DNA of 64,000 nucleotides from the IMG/VR virus record IMGVR_UViG_3300029337_000249. One strand, 5' to 3'. How positions within the stretch are numbered: position 1 is the first letter of the stretch; each line of letters begins with the position of its first letter. Both the position numbers and the translations under genes were made by a program. This stretch comes from a virus. The notes beneath the pieces were generated by a model. The model saw only the letters and a list, made by a program, of their open reading frames with translations, did no database searches and had not been told where the DNA came from. Below are positions 53,817-63,523 of this stretch, in pieces.

Positions 53817-56177
53817 ATGAGTACTGGTACGGATTTCCTTGCAAATCTGCAGAAAAAGACTGTAAAGAATACAGTACAGCAGAAACAGCAGAAGAGAGTA
53901 AATGCATCTGCTGTGGATGTTTCGGCTTTACTGGAAGCCGCTCTTGGGAAAAAGAAACCTGTGGAAGCTGTGGCAGATGTCCGTCAAAGTACGGATGCTG
54001 CCACAGCTTCTTTTTTACCACTGGCTGATACGCACCAGGGCAAGTCTACTCAACAAAAGCCCAAAAACGCATCAGATAAAAAACAGACACCCCAAAAATC
54101 AAAAGACATCGTGGATGCCGGTATCACAGCTCTTATCCAGAAGGCTCTGGATGCCAAAAAGGTCATGGCAGAGCCGGACATTGCAGAACGGCTGCAGAGC
54201 AGTATGGAGAGTGAGTTTACGAAGCTCTTCACACCGGAAGAACCGCAGGATAACAAGTTCGTTTCGACAGCGACCTTCCGGGCTACCAAAAAGAAAGCCG
54301 GAACCCTTAATGTGGCAGCTTACATCCGCGTTTCTACGGACATGAGCGACCAGGAAAACTCCTATGAAACGCAGGAAAAATACTTTAACCAGCTGATTGA
54401 AAATAATCCGGCATGGAATGCAGTCGGTGTGTACTCCGATTACGGCATCTCCGGCACTTCCAAGGAAAAGAGAACCGGATTCCGCCGACTGATGCGTCAT
54501 TGTAAGGACGGGAAGATCGACCGCATTGTGTGCAAGTCCATATCACGATTTGCCCGAAACACGGCTGACTTTATGAGTGCACTGGATGTCCTGCATGACT
54601 GCGGGGTAACGATTCTGTTCGAGAAAGAAAATCTGGATACGGCAGACCCGACCAGCGACTTCATCCTTACGACACTGGCAGCCATTGCACAGGAAGAAAG
54701 CCGCAGCATTTCCAGTAACATCCGGCTGGGGCAGAAGATGCGCTTTCCGAAGGGGGATGTTCCAAACAAGATCATGTACGGATACCGCTACAATGGGAAG
54801 ATGGTTACCTCCGAGAGCGGATATGAGTATAAAGATATTGAGATCGTTGAGGAAGAAGCCAGGGTCGTCCGGCGCATTTTCCATGAAGTCGTGGAAGGGA
54901 AAGCCTATACGGAGATTGCGCGGGGACTGAACATGGACAAGATTCCGGCTCCTGTCACCGACGCAGTGAGAGTAAGAAAGAAAAAATCCAAGAAAGGGCA
55001 GTTAAACAGTGATCTGCTGGATGGATGGACAGGCGGGAATATCACGCGGATCGTCCGCGCCGAGCGGTACATGGGTGCAGTCCTTATCCAGAAGAAGTTC
55101 ACATCGGATTACCTGACACATGAAGTACGGGACAACAAAGGCGAAGTTCCTCAGTATTTTGTCCGGAACCATCATCCGGCAATCGTTGACGAGGACCTGT
55201 TTGAAAAGGCACAGGAAGTCGTAAAAGTAAACAGCGATTTATATAACAGGACAAGATCCGGAAAGAAGCCGAGAGCGTTTTCCCAAAGACTAATCTGCGG
55301 GGAGTGCGGTCGCTTTTTCCATGTGACAAACGGAAATGGGAACTATCCCATCTGGCGGTGCCCGACGAGCAGCCGGACGACAGGAAAACGTATCTGCCAT
55401 GCAGAAAAAGTATACGAGGAACAGGTTGTCCGAGCCTTCCGTAAAGCAGTCCTGGAGAGGTTCCGGCTGACGCTTAAGCCCATCCATGACAACGTGGCTG
55501 TGGCAGACATCATGAGCGGACGGTTCAAAGAGCAGTATGACAACTTCACCCCGGAAGCAGATTCTTTTGTAAGCCAGATGCTTGCACGGCTGGAGAGCAT
55601 TCAGAAGCTGGATTTTATGGAACGCGACCGTGCTTTTTATAAAAAACAGATTGCCGCAGCCCACACCAGTGTGGAAAGCACCAGTAAGAAGATCCGGCTC
55701 CTGAAAAGTCAGGTGGATGTGATGCAGACCCGTCTGGAACTTCTCGGTGACGAGATGATCGACCCTGCTTCTATTGAGGAGAAGAAAAAGCTCATTGAGA
55801 AACTGGAGCGTGATATTCAGAAGGACACGGACACTGAGCAGAAGCTGACCGAACAGCTCGACTATATGGAAGACTACTGGGAAGAACTGGAGGGCGACTA
55901 TGAACGAAGGGAAAAGGCAATCGAGTGGATGAAGCAACTTCCGGCGGGGCGGGATGGTACGGTGGCCTTTCTAAATGGAGTGACCGAAGAACACTGCAAG
56001 GCCTTCCTCCTCTCCATCACGATCCATTCACCGCTGAAGTTTACGGTCCACTGGTTCGATGACACCAAGACCGAGGTAGAGATGGATTCCAATATTGAAG
56101 ATTACCGCAATACCGCAAGCTATTATGACGGGCATACGATGCGCGACGGCAGCCAGCGGAAGAGGCATGTAAGATAA
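53817..56177 (+). CDS. large serine recombinase 1 (786 aa) with ~160-aa K/Q-rich N-terminal extension
   Basis: Resolvase catalytic domain (VAAYIRVSTDMSDQENS...SISRFARN), recombinase domain, zinc ribbon (CGECGRF...WRC), coiled coil. Confidence 0.88.
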   Translation: MSTGTDFLANLQKKTVKNTVQQKQQKRVNASAVDVSALLEAALGKKKPVEAVADVRQSTDAATASFLPLADTHQGKSTQQKPKNASDKKQTPQKSKDIVDAGITALIQKALDAKKVMAEPDIAERLQSSMESEFTKLFTPEEPQDNKFVSTATFRATKKKAGTLNVAAYIRVSTDMSDQENSYETQEKYFNQLIENNPAWNAVGVYSDYGISGTSKEKRTGFRRLMRHCKDGKIDRIVCKSISRFARNTADFMSALDVLHDCGVTILFEKENLDTADPTSDFILTTLAAIAQEESRSISSNIRLGQKMRFPKGDVPNKIMYGYRYNGKMVTSESGYEYKDIEIVEEEARVVRRIFHEVVEGKAYTEIARGLNMDKIPAPVTDAVRVRKKKSKKGQLNSDLLDGWTGGNITRIVRAERYMGAVLIQKKFTSDYLTHEVRDNKGEVPQYFVRNHHPAIVDEDLFEKAQEVVKVNSDLYNRTRSGKKPRAFSQRLICGECGRFFHVTNGNGNYPIWRCPTSSRTTGKRICHAEKVYEEQVVRAFRKAVLERFRLTLKPIHDNVAVADIMSGRFKEQYDNFTPEADSFVSQMLARLESIQKLDFMERDRAFYKKQIAAAHTSVESTSKKIRLLKSQVDVMQTRLELLGDEMIDPASIEEKKKLIEKLERDIQKDTDTEQKLTEQLDYMEDYWEELEGDYERREKAIEWMKQLPAGRDGTVAFLNGVTEEHCKAFLLSITIHSPLKFTVHWFDDTKTEVEMDSNIEDYRNTASYYDGHTMRDGSQRKRHVR

Positions 56178-56211
56178 GACCAGTTGCAAGGCTGGAAGAA
56201 AGGAGCAGATT

Positions 56212-58512
56212 ATGACAAGACAAAAAGTGGATGTGATCCCCGCCAGTGTGCGCTCGGTACAGAACGGCGGGCAGCTGAAAAGCCAGAGCAACATCCGTGT
56301 GGCGGCTTACTGCCGTGTTTCCACGGGAGATGAGAGTCAGCAGACTTCCTACACGACACAGAAAGCATTCTACAAAGACCTCATCACCCGGAAGCCCGGC
56401 TGGATTTTTGCCGGCATCTACGCGGATGAAGCAAAATCTGGTACGAACCGGGAACATCGAGAGGAATTCAACCGCATGATAAAAGATGCGATGGATGGAA
56501 AGCTGGACTACATCGTTACAAAGTCCATTTCCCGATTTGCACGAAACACTATTGACTCCCTGACCTGTACCCGTGAGCTTCGGCAGCTGAAGCCGCCCGT
56601 GGGTATCTATTTCGAGAAAGAGAACATCGACACACTGGATGCCAAAGGTGAGCTGATCCTTACGATTCTTTCTGCACTGGCACAGGATGAGAGCCGTTCC
56701 ATTTCCGATAACATCCGATGGAGCATCCAGAAGAAGTTCCAGTCTGGTGTCCCGCATATCAATCTGAAACGGATGCTGGGATATGAGCTTGGGGCAAATA
56801 AGCAGTGGGTCATCGTGCCGGAGCAGGCAGAAATCATCCGGTACATTTTTGACCGCTTCGTGAAAGGCCAGACGGCGAATAAGATCGCACTGGAGCTGAA
56901 CCAGATGGAAAAGTTCACGGTCAACGGAAAGAAATGGAGTGCCAGCTCGATCCTGATCGTCCTGCGGAATGAGAAGTATGTGGGCGACATCGAGATGCAG
57001 AAGACCATCACCAAAGACTTCCTTACCCACCGTTCAAGCATCAACAAGGGCGAAGCACCCCGCTACTATGTGAAGAACCATCATGTGGGTATCATCGACC
57101 GTGTGACTTGGGACAAAGTGCAGACCATGCTGTTCGAGAAGCCGAGGGCAGACATGACGAAAGGCCCCGGCAAGAAAAAGGTAAAGAGCATTAAGGGTTC
57201 TCCGTTTGGAAACCTGCGCTGCGGTGCGATCCTGGAGAATGGGCCGGATGCCGGAAAACCCTGCGGGGAAGGATTCTTCCGTACAACCTACACGGGTGTG
57301 GCAAATGGTTACAGCGATGAGCGGAGTCTTAAGGCGACTGGTGAGGATACCGGAGAGTATCTGGAAAAATACACTTATTCGTATCCCGTTTGGCGGTGCA
57401 AGCGTAAGGTCGGGGAGCGGGACGGTGAGCCGCCGAAGAACGGTTCTCCCGACCAGAAAGCGTATTGCCGGAGCAAGAAAGGCTGCATGTCAGATGAGGA
57501 AAAGGAAGCTGCAAACAAGCGCTGCCCCTCAGAACGCTACCATGAGTGTGCGCTGGAGCAGAGTTTCATGGAACTGCTCTACAGCATGAAGCGTGATTTT
57601 GAACAACACGGAGATGCCTCCATGATCGTGACGATGTTTGACAATGCCTATGAGCAGGCTGTCCGGCTGGCGAATAACAACAGCATCTCGGTGCAGAGGA
57701 TGGCAACGGTGGAAAATCAGATCAAGGAGATGGAAGAACGCCTGCAGGATGCCATCAGCCATCAGGTGGCGGCGCTTCGGGAAGCTGCACTGGAACAGAA
57801 TGTGGAACTGAATGAAGCCCTTTCCAACGGGGAGGTGACTATTGACGACATCGACCTGGACATCCGAAGCGGACTGACACCAGGAAGCATCGGAGTGAGC
57901 TTCTATGGGACAGAAACGGAGGAAGGCTCGGAAGCCCAGATTTATACAGAGCTTGTGAACGACCTGCAGGAACGGCTGAAAACACTCCAACAGGAAAGGC
58001 AGACGATAGAGGAAGAACAGGGCGTGCTGGCGATCATGAAAAAGAACTTTGAATATTTCCTTGCCTGCCTGAAAGAACTGCCGGATACCAATGCAGGCGG
58101 AATGCCGTTAAGAGTCAACGGCCTGGATGTACAGGGAAGTCTTCTGAGAGATGTAGACGGCAAGCCCATCGAGGGCCGGGTGTCTGCCGTGACCAGGGGC
58201 AGGCTCAAGCTGACTCCTGAGCGGATCGCAGAAGCACCAGATATGCTCCACTTTGAAAAAGGTATCTACTGTGCTTTTGTTGAGAGCGGAGTACTGCAGG
58301 GGGATGTGGCAACCTATAAGACAAACTTCGGTGTGACACTGACCTCAAAGGGCAACCGCAGAACGCTTGACAGCTTCATGGGCTATAAGCGGAGTGATAT
58401 GGACGGCAATGTGGTCTATGTGGATGCTCCTTATAAGGTGTACGGATTCAGCATTCAGTACCGCAGATACCTGACAACTGCAGCGAAGCGCGAGAGGGAA
58501 GAAGCGGTGTGA
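56212..58512 (+). CDS. large serine recombinase 2 (766 aa)
   Basis: VAAYCRVSTGDESQQTS...SISRFARN catalytic domain, recombinase domain, Zn ribbon, coiled coil; 34 nt after recombinase 1. Confidence 0.9.
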   Translation: MTRQKVDVIPASVRSVQNGGQLKSQSNIRVAAYCRVSTGDESQQTSYTTQKAFYKDLITRKPGWIFAGIYADEAKSGTNREHREEFNRMIKDAMDGKLDYIVTKSISRFARNTIDSLTCTRELRQLKPPVGIYFEKENIDTLDAKGELILTILSALAQDESRSISDNIRWSIQKKFQSGVPHINLKRMLGYELGANKQWVIVPEQAEIIRYIFDRFVKGQTANKIALELNQMEKFTVNGKKWSASSILIVLRNEKYVGDIEMQKTITKDFLTHRSSINKGEAPRYYVKNHHVGIIDRVTWDKVQTMLFEKPRADMTKGPGKKKVKSIKGSPFGNLRCGAILENGPDAGKPCGEGFFRTTYTGVANGYSDERSLKATGEDTGEYLEKYTYSYPVWRCKRKVGERDGEPPKNGSPDQKAYCRSKKGCMSDEEKEAANKRCPSERYHECALEQSFMELLYSMKRDFEQHGDASMIVTMFDNAYEQAVRLANNNSISVQRMATVENQIKEMEERLQDAISHQVAALREAALEQNVELNEALSNGEVTIDDIDLDIRSGLTPGSIGVSFYGTETEEGSEAQIYTELVNDLQERLKTLQQERQTIEEEQGVLAIMKKNFEYFLACLKELPDTNAGGMPLRVNGLDVQGSLLRDVDGKPIEGRVSAVTRGRLKLTPERIAEAPDMLHFEKGIYCAFVESGVLQGDVATYKTNFGVTLTSKGNRRTLDSFMGYKRSDMDGNVVYVDAPYKVYGFSIQYRRYLTTAAKREREEAV

Positions 58513-58527
58513 TGGAAGGAGACAGGA

Positions 58528-58575
58528 CCCTGCCGGGTGTGGCTTTTTGAGGCTGCATCTGGCAGGGCTTTTTTT
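58528..58575 (+). terminator. rho-independent terminator (CCCTGCC...GGCAGGG stem then CTTTTTTTGTTTTT)
   Basis: Inverted repeat 58528-34 / 58561-67 followed by long T-run. Confidence 0.5.
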
Positions 58576-58728
58576 GTTTTTAAGGTTTTATTGTGCTGCT
58601 ATTTTGCCTGCTTTTTTGTCTTGGCTTTTTTACCCGTAAGGATTGCTATGTGCAGAATCCTGTTATATGTTGTGGGTGGCGAGAAATACACATACGACAG
58701 AAAATACACATAGCGAGGAGTGTTTGAA

Positions 58729-59124
58729 ATGAATGAGGTAGCTGGGATGCTGGCAGAGAAATATGGCGCAACAGCTGATGAGATTGTGGCGGCCGGTGCT
58801 ATGAAATTATATCTCCAGAGCATGGAGCCGGCAGAGGCACTGAGAAAGGTGAGGGCTGTGTATGAGCCAAAAGTGATCCGGCTTGACAGTGGCGAAGGCG
58901 TGCCAGTACAAAGCAATATTGATGGTGCAAAGTACGCTGCATTCATCGATGAGTCAGTGACATTTGCTAATCAGAAGATGAGAGAGCGTCGGGGTGCACT
59001 GGCAGAAATGGTTATGGAAAAGTTGAAAGCCGTGGATGGAAAATGCCTGATCGAGTGTGCCAGCGAGGAGTTCATAAGTTTTATCGAAGATGCTTATCGG
59101 TGTCTAAGGCGGGGAGAGAGATAA
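58729..59124 (+). CDS. hypothetical protein (131 aa)
   Basis: GAGGAG RBS 8 nt upstream of ATG 58729. Confidence 0.5.
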   Translation: MNEVAGMLAEKYGATADEIVAAGAMKLYLQSMEPAEALRKVRAVYEPKVIRLDSGEGVPVQSNIDGAKYAAFIDESVTFANQKMRERRGALAEMVMEKLKAVDGKCLIECASEEFISFIEDAYRCLRRGER

Positions 59125-59202
59125 TACAGGAATTTAAGAAGTCTGCAGTTGATGAGATAAAAGAACTGGATGAGAAAAGAAGTGCATAATTGAAACTTAT
59201 CG

Positions 59203-59258
59203 GCCCACTGGCGTATTGTGTAGATTCCTACATGGTCCGCTGGTGGGCTTCTTTTTTT
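59203..59258 (+). terminator. rho-independent terminator (11-bp stem GCCCACUGGCG/CGCUGGUGGGC with 2 G-U, then UUCUUUUUUU)
   Basis: Strong hairpin plus U-tract after hypothetical gene; second imperfect hairpin + T-run at 59267-59333. Confidence 0.6.
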
Positions 59259-59358
59259 GTCCTTATCCGCATAAACCACAGACAGCACTTCGGCGTGTTC
59301 CAAAGTGCAGTTGTGGCTTATGCGGGCCTTTTTGTTATATGATCAACAAGTTATAAAA

Positions 59359-59700
59359 TCAAACTCCTAAGCCGTATAAAATTGCTTTCATCTCCTTTAC
59401 CATCCGGGTGAGAATCTCCTGTTCAATTGCATTACAGTCTAAAAGCAGACGGTGGATCTCGGAATTGGCAGTGGACGCGGAGTGCGTCAAACTGTCTACA
59501 AGAAGATCATCTGCTGAGACATTTAGTGCGTTGGCAATATCAACCAGTGTATCAAGACTGGGACGGTTAATGGCGGTTTCGATAACACTGATGTGTTTTC
59601 GGGTCATATTAAGCTGTTCACCGAGTGCCTCCTGTGTGATTCCGGTCTGTTTACGTGCGTTTGCGATACGTTTACCTAAAGATTCATAATCAATAGCCAT
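59359..59700 (-). CDS. XRE-family HTH transcriptional regulator (repressor-like)
   Basis: HTH_XRE motif GITQEALGEQLNMTRKHISVIE; divergent from downstream ATPase gene. Confidence 0.85.
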   Translation of the reverse strand: MAIDYESLGKRIANARKQTGITQEALGEQLNMTRKHISVIETAINRPSLDTLVDIANALNVSADDLLVDSLTHSASTANSEIHRLLLDCNAIEQEILTRMVKEMKAILYGLGV

Positions 59701-59833
59701 GTATGTTCCTCCTTATGTGCACCCGCATAAGGCAGTTACGATTATCCCGCAGAGAAAAATACATAGCAACTTAATTACAGAAATTCTAAGGCCGCAAAGG
59801 GCTACACCTCTATCTGTTATGTGGTCTAAGGCT

Positions 59834-59887
59834 GTTTTGCTACTTGGTATGTAGCAAAATGCGAAACGTGCTACATGATAGGTAGCA
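59834..59887. promoter_or_regulatory. two operator-like palindromes TTTTGCTAC-N7-GTAGCAAAA (59834-59858) and TGCTAC-N7-GTAGCA (59868-59886) in the divergent XRE/ATPase promoter region
   Basis: Perfect inverted repeats sharing GCTAC-N7-GTAGC core between divergently transcribed genes. Confidence 0.55.
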
Positions 59888-59949
59888 GTCAAATCATCAA
59901 TCAAACCTTATAATATAAATGTAGAAAAGACTGCGTACAGAAAGGGACG

Positions 59950-60930
59950 ATGATGACGAACAAAGGAGAAAAAGGGATTCTTACATTATACAGTGATGTA
60001 CAGGCGACTTCTGTTCGTTGGCTGTGGTATCCATTCATAGCAGTTGGAAAGATCACATTGCTGCAAGGTGACCCCGGTGATGGCAAATCCACAATGATGA
60101 TGCACCTGATAGCCGAGCTGTCTAAGGGAGGAACCCTGCCAGATGGTAAAACCATCGGAATGCCGCAAAGGGCTATTTACCAGTGCTCAGAAGATGGCAT
60201 TTCAGATACCATTAAGCCCCGGCTTGAAAAATGTGGGGCAGATTGCAGGAATGTGGCCTTCATAAATGAAGAAACATACAGCGGCCTGACACTGGATGAT
60301 GAGCGCATCCGGCAGGCTATTATAGAATTCCGGCCGCGGCTGGTAGTTATTGATCCGATACAGGCATATCTTGGAAGTGATTCCGACCTCCAGATTGCAG
60401 GAAGAGCCAGAAGGCTGATGCAGCGCCTTGGCATGTGGGCATCTATGTATGACTGTGCCATTGTGCTGATCGGACACCTTAATAAAAAAGAAGGAACAAA
60501 GGGCCTTTACCGGAGCCTTGGCAGCATCGATGTTGTTGCAGCCGCCCGGAGTGTCCTGCAAGTAGAACGGGATGCGGAGAAGTCAGATATCCGCATTGTG
60601 CGGCAGATAAAAAACAGTCTGGCTCCGTCAGATGGTGAAATCAAATTCTCGATAACAGCGGAGCAGGGCTTCAAATGGCTGGAGTGTGAAATTAAGCCAG
60701 ATCCATCAGCGGAGCCGGAAACACCAGTTTTTGAGTCAAAATCTGAGAAGGCGGCGTATCTGATCAAGAAGCTGCTTTCCGGGGGTGACATGAGATCTAG
60801 AGAAATCTATATGCGGATGAGCGATGAAGGTATCAGCCGCAGGACAGCAGAAAATACAAAGAAAGAACTCGGCATCCGGAGTTACCGGAAGATGCGACAG
60901 TGGTACTGGAGCATGAAGCCGGAGAAATGA
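59950..60930 (+). CDS. AAA/RecA-like ATPase (AAA_25-like)
   Basis: Walker A LQGDPGDGKST, Walker B LVVIDPIQ; typical partner of serine recombinases in clostridial mobile elements. Confidence 0.75.
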   Translation: MMTNKGEKGILTLYSDVQATSVRWLWYPFIAVGKITLLQGDPGDGKSTMMMHLIAELSKGGTLPDGKTIGMPQRAIYQCSEDGISDTIKPRLEKCGADCRNVAFINEETYSGLTLDDERIRQAIIEFRPRLVVIDPIQAYLGSDSDLQIAGRARRLMQRLGMWASMYDCAIVLIGHLNKKEGTKGLYRSLGSIDVVAAARSVLQVERDAEKSDIRIVRQIKNSLAPSDGEIKFSITAEQGFKWLECEIKPDPSAEPETPVFESKSEKAAYLIKKLLSGGDMRSREIYMRMSDEGISRRTAENTKKELGIRSYRKMRQWYWSMKPEK

Positions 60931-60940
60931 GAGGAAGCAA

Positions 60941-62782
60941 ATGATAAGCAGTGGAGCAGAAGCGGCAGACCGCAAGCAGAGAATCAGAGACAGATATAAA
61001 GGCGTGGATACTTCTGAGTTGGAAGTTATCCCGGCAAAAACTGTGGAGGGGCTTGGAGAAAGCACCTCTATCCGTCGTGTTGCCGCTTATGTCCGTGTTT
61101 CCACTGATAATGATGAACAGACTTCTTCGTATGAACTTCAGAAAAATTATTACACGGATTATATCAAGGCACAGCCGGGATGGGAATTCGTTGGAATCTA
61201 TGATGATGAAGGCATCAGCGGTACATCATTGGAGCATCGCAAAGGAATGCAGCAGCTGATCGAGGACTGTAAGGCCGGAAAGATTGACCTGATCCTCACA
61301 AAGTCCATCGCCCGTTTCGCCAGAAACATTGTGGACTGTCTTTCCGTCATTGAAACACTGAAAAATCTTGACCCGCCCGTGGGTGTAAAATTTGAAGCGG
61401 ACAACATCTACACACTGGACAGTAACGGGCGCATGATCCTGACGATTTTGGCATCCGTGGCAGAGGAAGAATCTCATTCCAAGTCTATCATTATGAATTG
61501 GTCCATTGACCGTAGGTTCAGCCGTGGACTGTTCCTTACGCCGGCCCTGCTCGGATATGACCAGGACGAGGATGGCAGCCTTGTGGTGAATCAGGACGAA
61601 GCACAGACGGTGAAGGTGATTTACTATCTGTACCTGAATGGATTTTCTTTCACCGAGATTGCAGAGCTACTGACAGATTATGGCCGGAAGACAAAACTGG
61701 GGAACACGGAGTGGAATCCTGGCACTCTTGCAGGAGTCATTGCTAATGAACGCCATTGTGGGGATGTATTGGCAAGGAAGACCTTTACACCGAATTTCCT
61801 GACGCATAAATCAAAGAAAAACAACAACGACCGGACGCAGTACCGGCAGAGAGATCATCATGAGGCAATCGTGTCCAGGGAAGTCTATAATGCGGCAAAT
61901 CATCTGCGGGCATCCCGGAGTTATACAAAGAAAAATCGCCCGCTGCCAGTCCTGAGTGTGGTGGATGATGGAATCTTACGCGGATATGTGCCTTTTGATA
62001 AGGACTGGACAGGATTTTCAGCTGAAGAATACCGGGAAGCATCTGAAAGTGTGATTCGGGAGCCGGATGATTCTGTTGTGGGTGATGTGAAAAATCGGCT
62101 TAATTTGACAGGATATGAAGTTGTGCGGGCACAGTATTTTGCTACTTTACAGAATCCGGCTATGACGATCTCCAATGGCAAGCTGCGTTTTAATACAGCC
62201 TGCCTGAAAAAGTTTGAAGATGTAGAGTATGTAGAACTGCTCCTGAATTCGGTTGACCGCTGCATTGCAATCCGTCCGTGTGAAAAGAGCAATCCCAATG
62301 CGATCCGCTGGGGTCGGCTGAAAGAAGGACGCTGGTGTGCCAGCACACTTGGCTGCCGTGGCCTGGCAAAGACTCTTTTTGACATCATGGAGTGGGATGA
62401 AGACCTGCGTTATCGGTTCCGTGGGCAATTCGTGGAGGACGGCGATAATAAGCTGATGCTCTTTGAACTGGATGAGCCGGAGATGATCAAGGTTGAAGAA
62501 ATCGTTCTGCCACCAAAGGAAAACACCGAGGATGCAGAGGGCGAAACGGTCAAAAAAACGATTTACATTTTCCCGCCAGAATGGGCAGGTACTTTTGGAA
62601 AGTCGATCACAAGCATTGCACAGGTCGGGATTTTACAGCAGGAGAATTACTCTGGAAACTGGGATGTACTCCGGCCGGCAGCAGAGATAGATGAAATGAA
62701 TACTTTTACCGCAGATGGTCTGAACGCTCTGCTCCATGAAGCCGAAAAAATAATGGAAGGATGGACTGACACAGATGAATGA
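60941..62782 (+). CDS. large serine recombinase 3 (613 aa) with DUF4368-like C-terminal domain
   Basis: VAAYVRVSTDNDEQTSS...SIARFARN catalytic domain; C-terminal domain homologous to next two ORFs. Confidence 0.88.
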   Translation: MISSGAEAADRKQRIRDRYKGVDTSELEVIPAKTVEGLGESTSIRRVAAYVRVSTDNDEQTSSYELQKNYYTDYIKAQPGWEFVGIYDDEGISGTSLEHRKGMQQLIEDCKAGKIDLILTKSIARFARNIVDCLSVIETLKNLDPPVGVKFEADNIYTLDSNGRMILTILASVAEEESHSKSIIMNWSIDRRFSRGLFLTPALLGYDQDEDGSLVVNQDEAQTVKVIYYLYLNGFSFTEIAELLTDYGRKTKLGNTEWNPGTLAGVIANERHCGDVLARKTFTPNFLTHKSKKNNNDRTQYRQRDHHEAIVSREVYNAANHLRASRSYTKKNRPLPVLSVVDDGILRGYVPFDKDWTGFSAEEYREASESVIREPDDSVVGDVKNRLNLTGYEVVRAQYFATLQNPAMTISNGKLRFNTACLKKFEDVEYVELLLNSVDRCIAIRPCEKSNPNAIRWGRLKEGRWCASTLGCRGLAKTLFDIMEWDEDLRYRFRGQFVEDGDNKLMLFELDEPEMIKVEEIVLPPKENTEDAEGETVKKTIYIFPPEWAGTFGKSITSIAQVGILQQENYSGNWDVLRPAAEIDEMNTFTADGLNALLHEAEKIMEGWTDTDE

Positions 62783-63467
62783 AAATACGAACGCCATGCC
62801 GCCAGAAGAGCAGGCAGAAAATGATAGAGACGCAAGAGCGGAAGAATTAGAAAGTACATTTTCCTATGACGGATACCAGGTCGTGCGGAAGGAGCTGTTT
62901 GCACATCTTCGTGACCCTGCAATCGTGATCCGCAAGGACAGCATCACATTTAACACGGCCTGCATCACTGGGCTAGAAGATGTGGTTTATGTACACGTCA
63001 TGTTCAACAGTGATTTGAAGCGTATTGTTGTACGCGGCTGTGATGAAAATGACAAGGATGCCCTGCGTTGGTGCATTGCCAAGCCAGACAAGCGAAAAAG
63101 CCGGAAAATGACCTGCAAGCCTTTTTCAGAACTGGTGTATAAGGAAATGGGCTGGGATACCGAATGCCGGTATAAGATGCTTGGGTACAGAATTTCGTTT
63201 GAAGGGGAAACTCTGTATGTTTTTGATCTGCTTGTTCCGGAGATCTTCCATGAAGGCCAGAAACGAAAAAATGGAACAGACCAGAAAAATGCGCAAGAGA
63301 CAAAGCCTGCAAATACCAGAAAGGGATTTTACCCAGATGATATTGCGGGTACTTTTGGCGTACCTGTAGAAGAACATCTGAAAGAATCCGAAGTTAAGCA
63401 AATGGATGGCTATGTATCAGTGGGGATGCTGACGGGTAAGACCGTCCCCGACACCGGGCTTGATTAA
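62775..63467 (+). CDS. stand-alone recombinase-C-terminal-like (DUF4368-like) domain protein
   Basis: ELFAHLRDPAIVIRKDSITFNTACITGLEDVVYVHVMFNSDLKRIVVRGCDEND...WDTECRYKMLGYRISFEGETLYVFDL aligns with C-terminus of recombinase 3. Confidence 0.55.
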   Translation: MNENTNAMPPEEQAENDRDARAEELESTFSYDGYQVVRKELFAHLRDPAIVIRKDSITFNTACITGLEDVVYVHVMFNSDLKRIVVRGCDENDKDALRWCIAKPDKRKSRKMTCKPFSELVYKEMGWDTECRYKMLGYRISFEGETLYVFDLLVPEIFHEGQKRKNGTDQKNAQETKPANTRKGFYPDDIAGTFGVPVEEHLKESEVKQMDGYVSVGMLTGKTVPDTGLD

Positions 63468-63523
63468 AACGGCCACTAGGATTCCAAGGGGGAAGTGCGC
63501 CCATTTTTAAGGAGGGGAGAGTA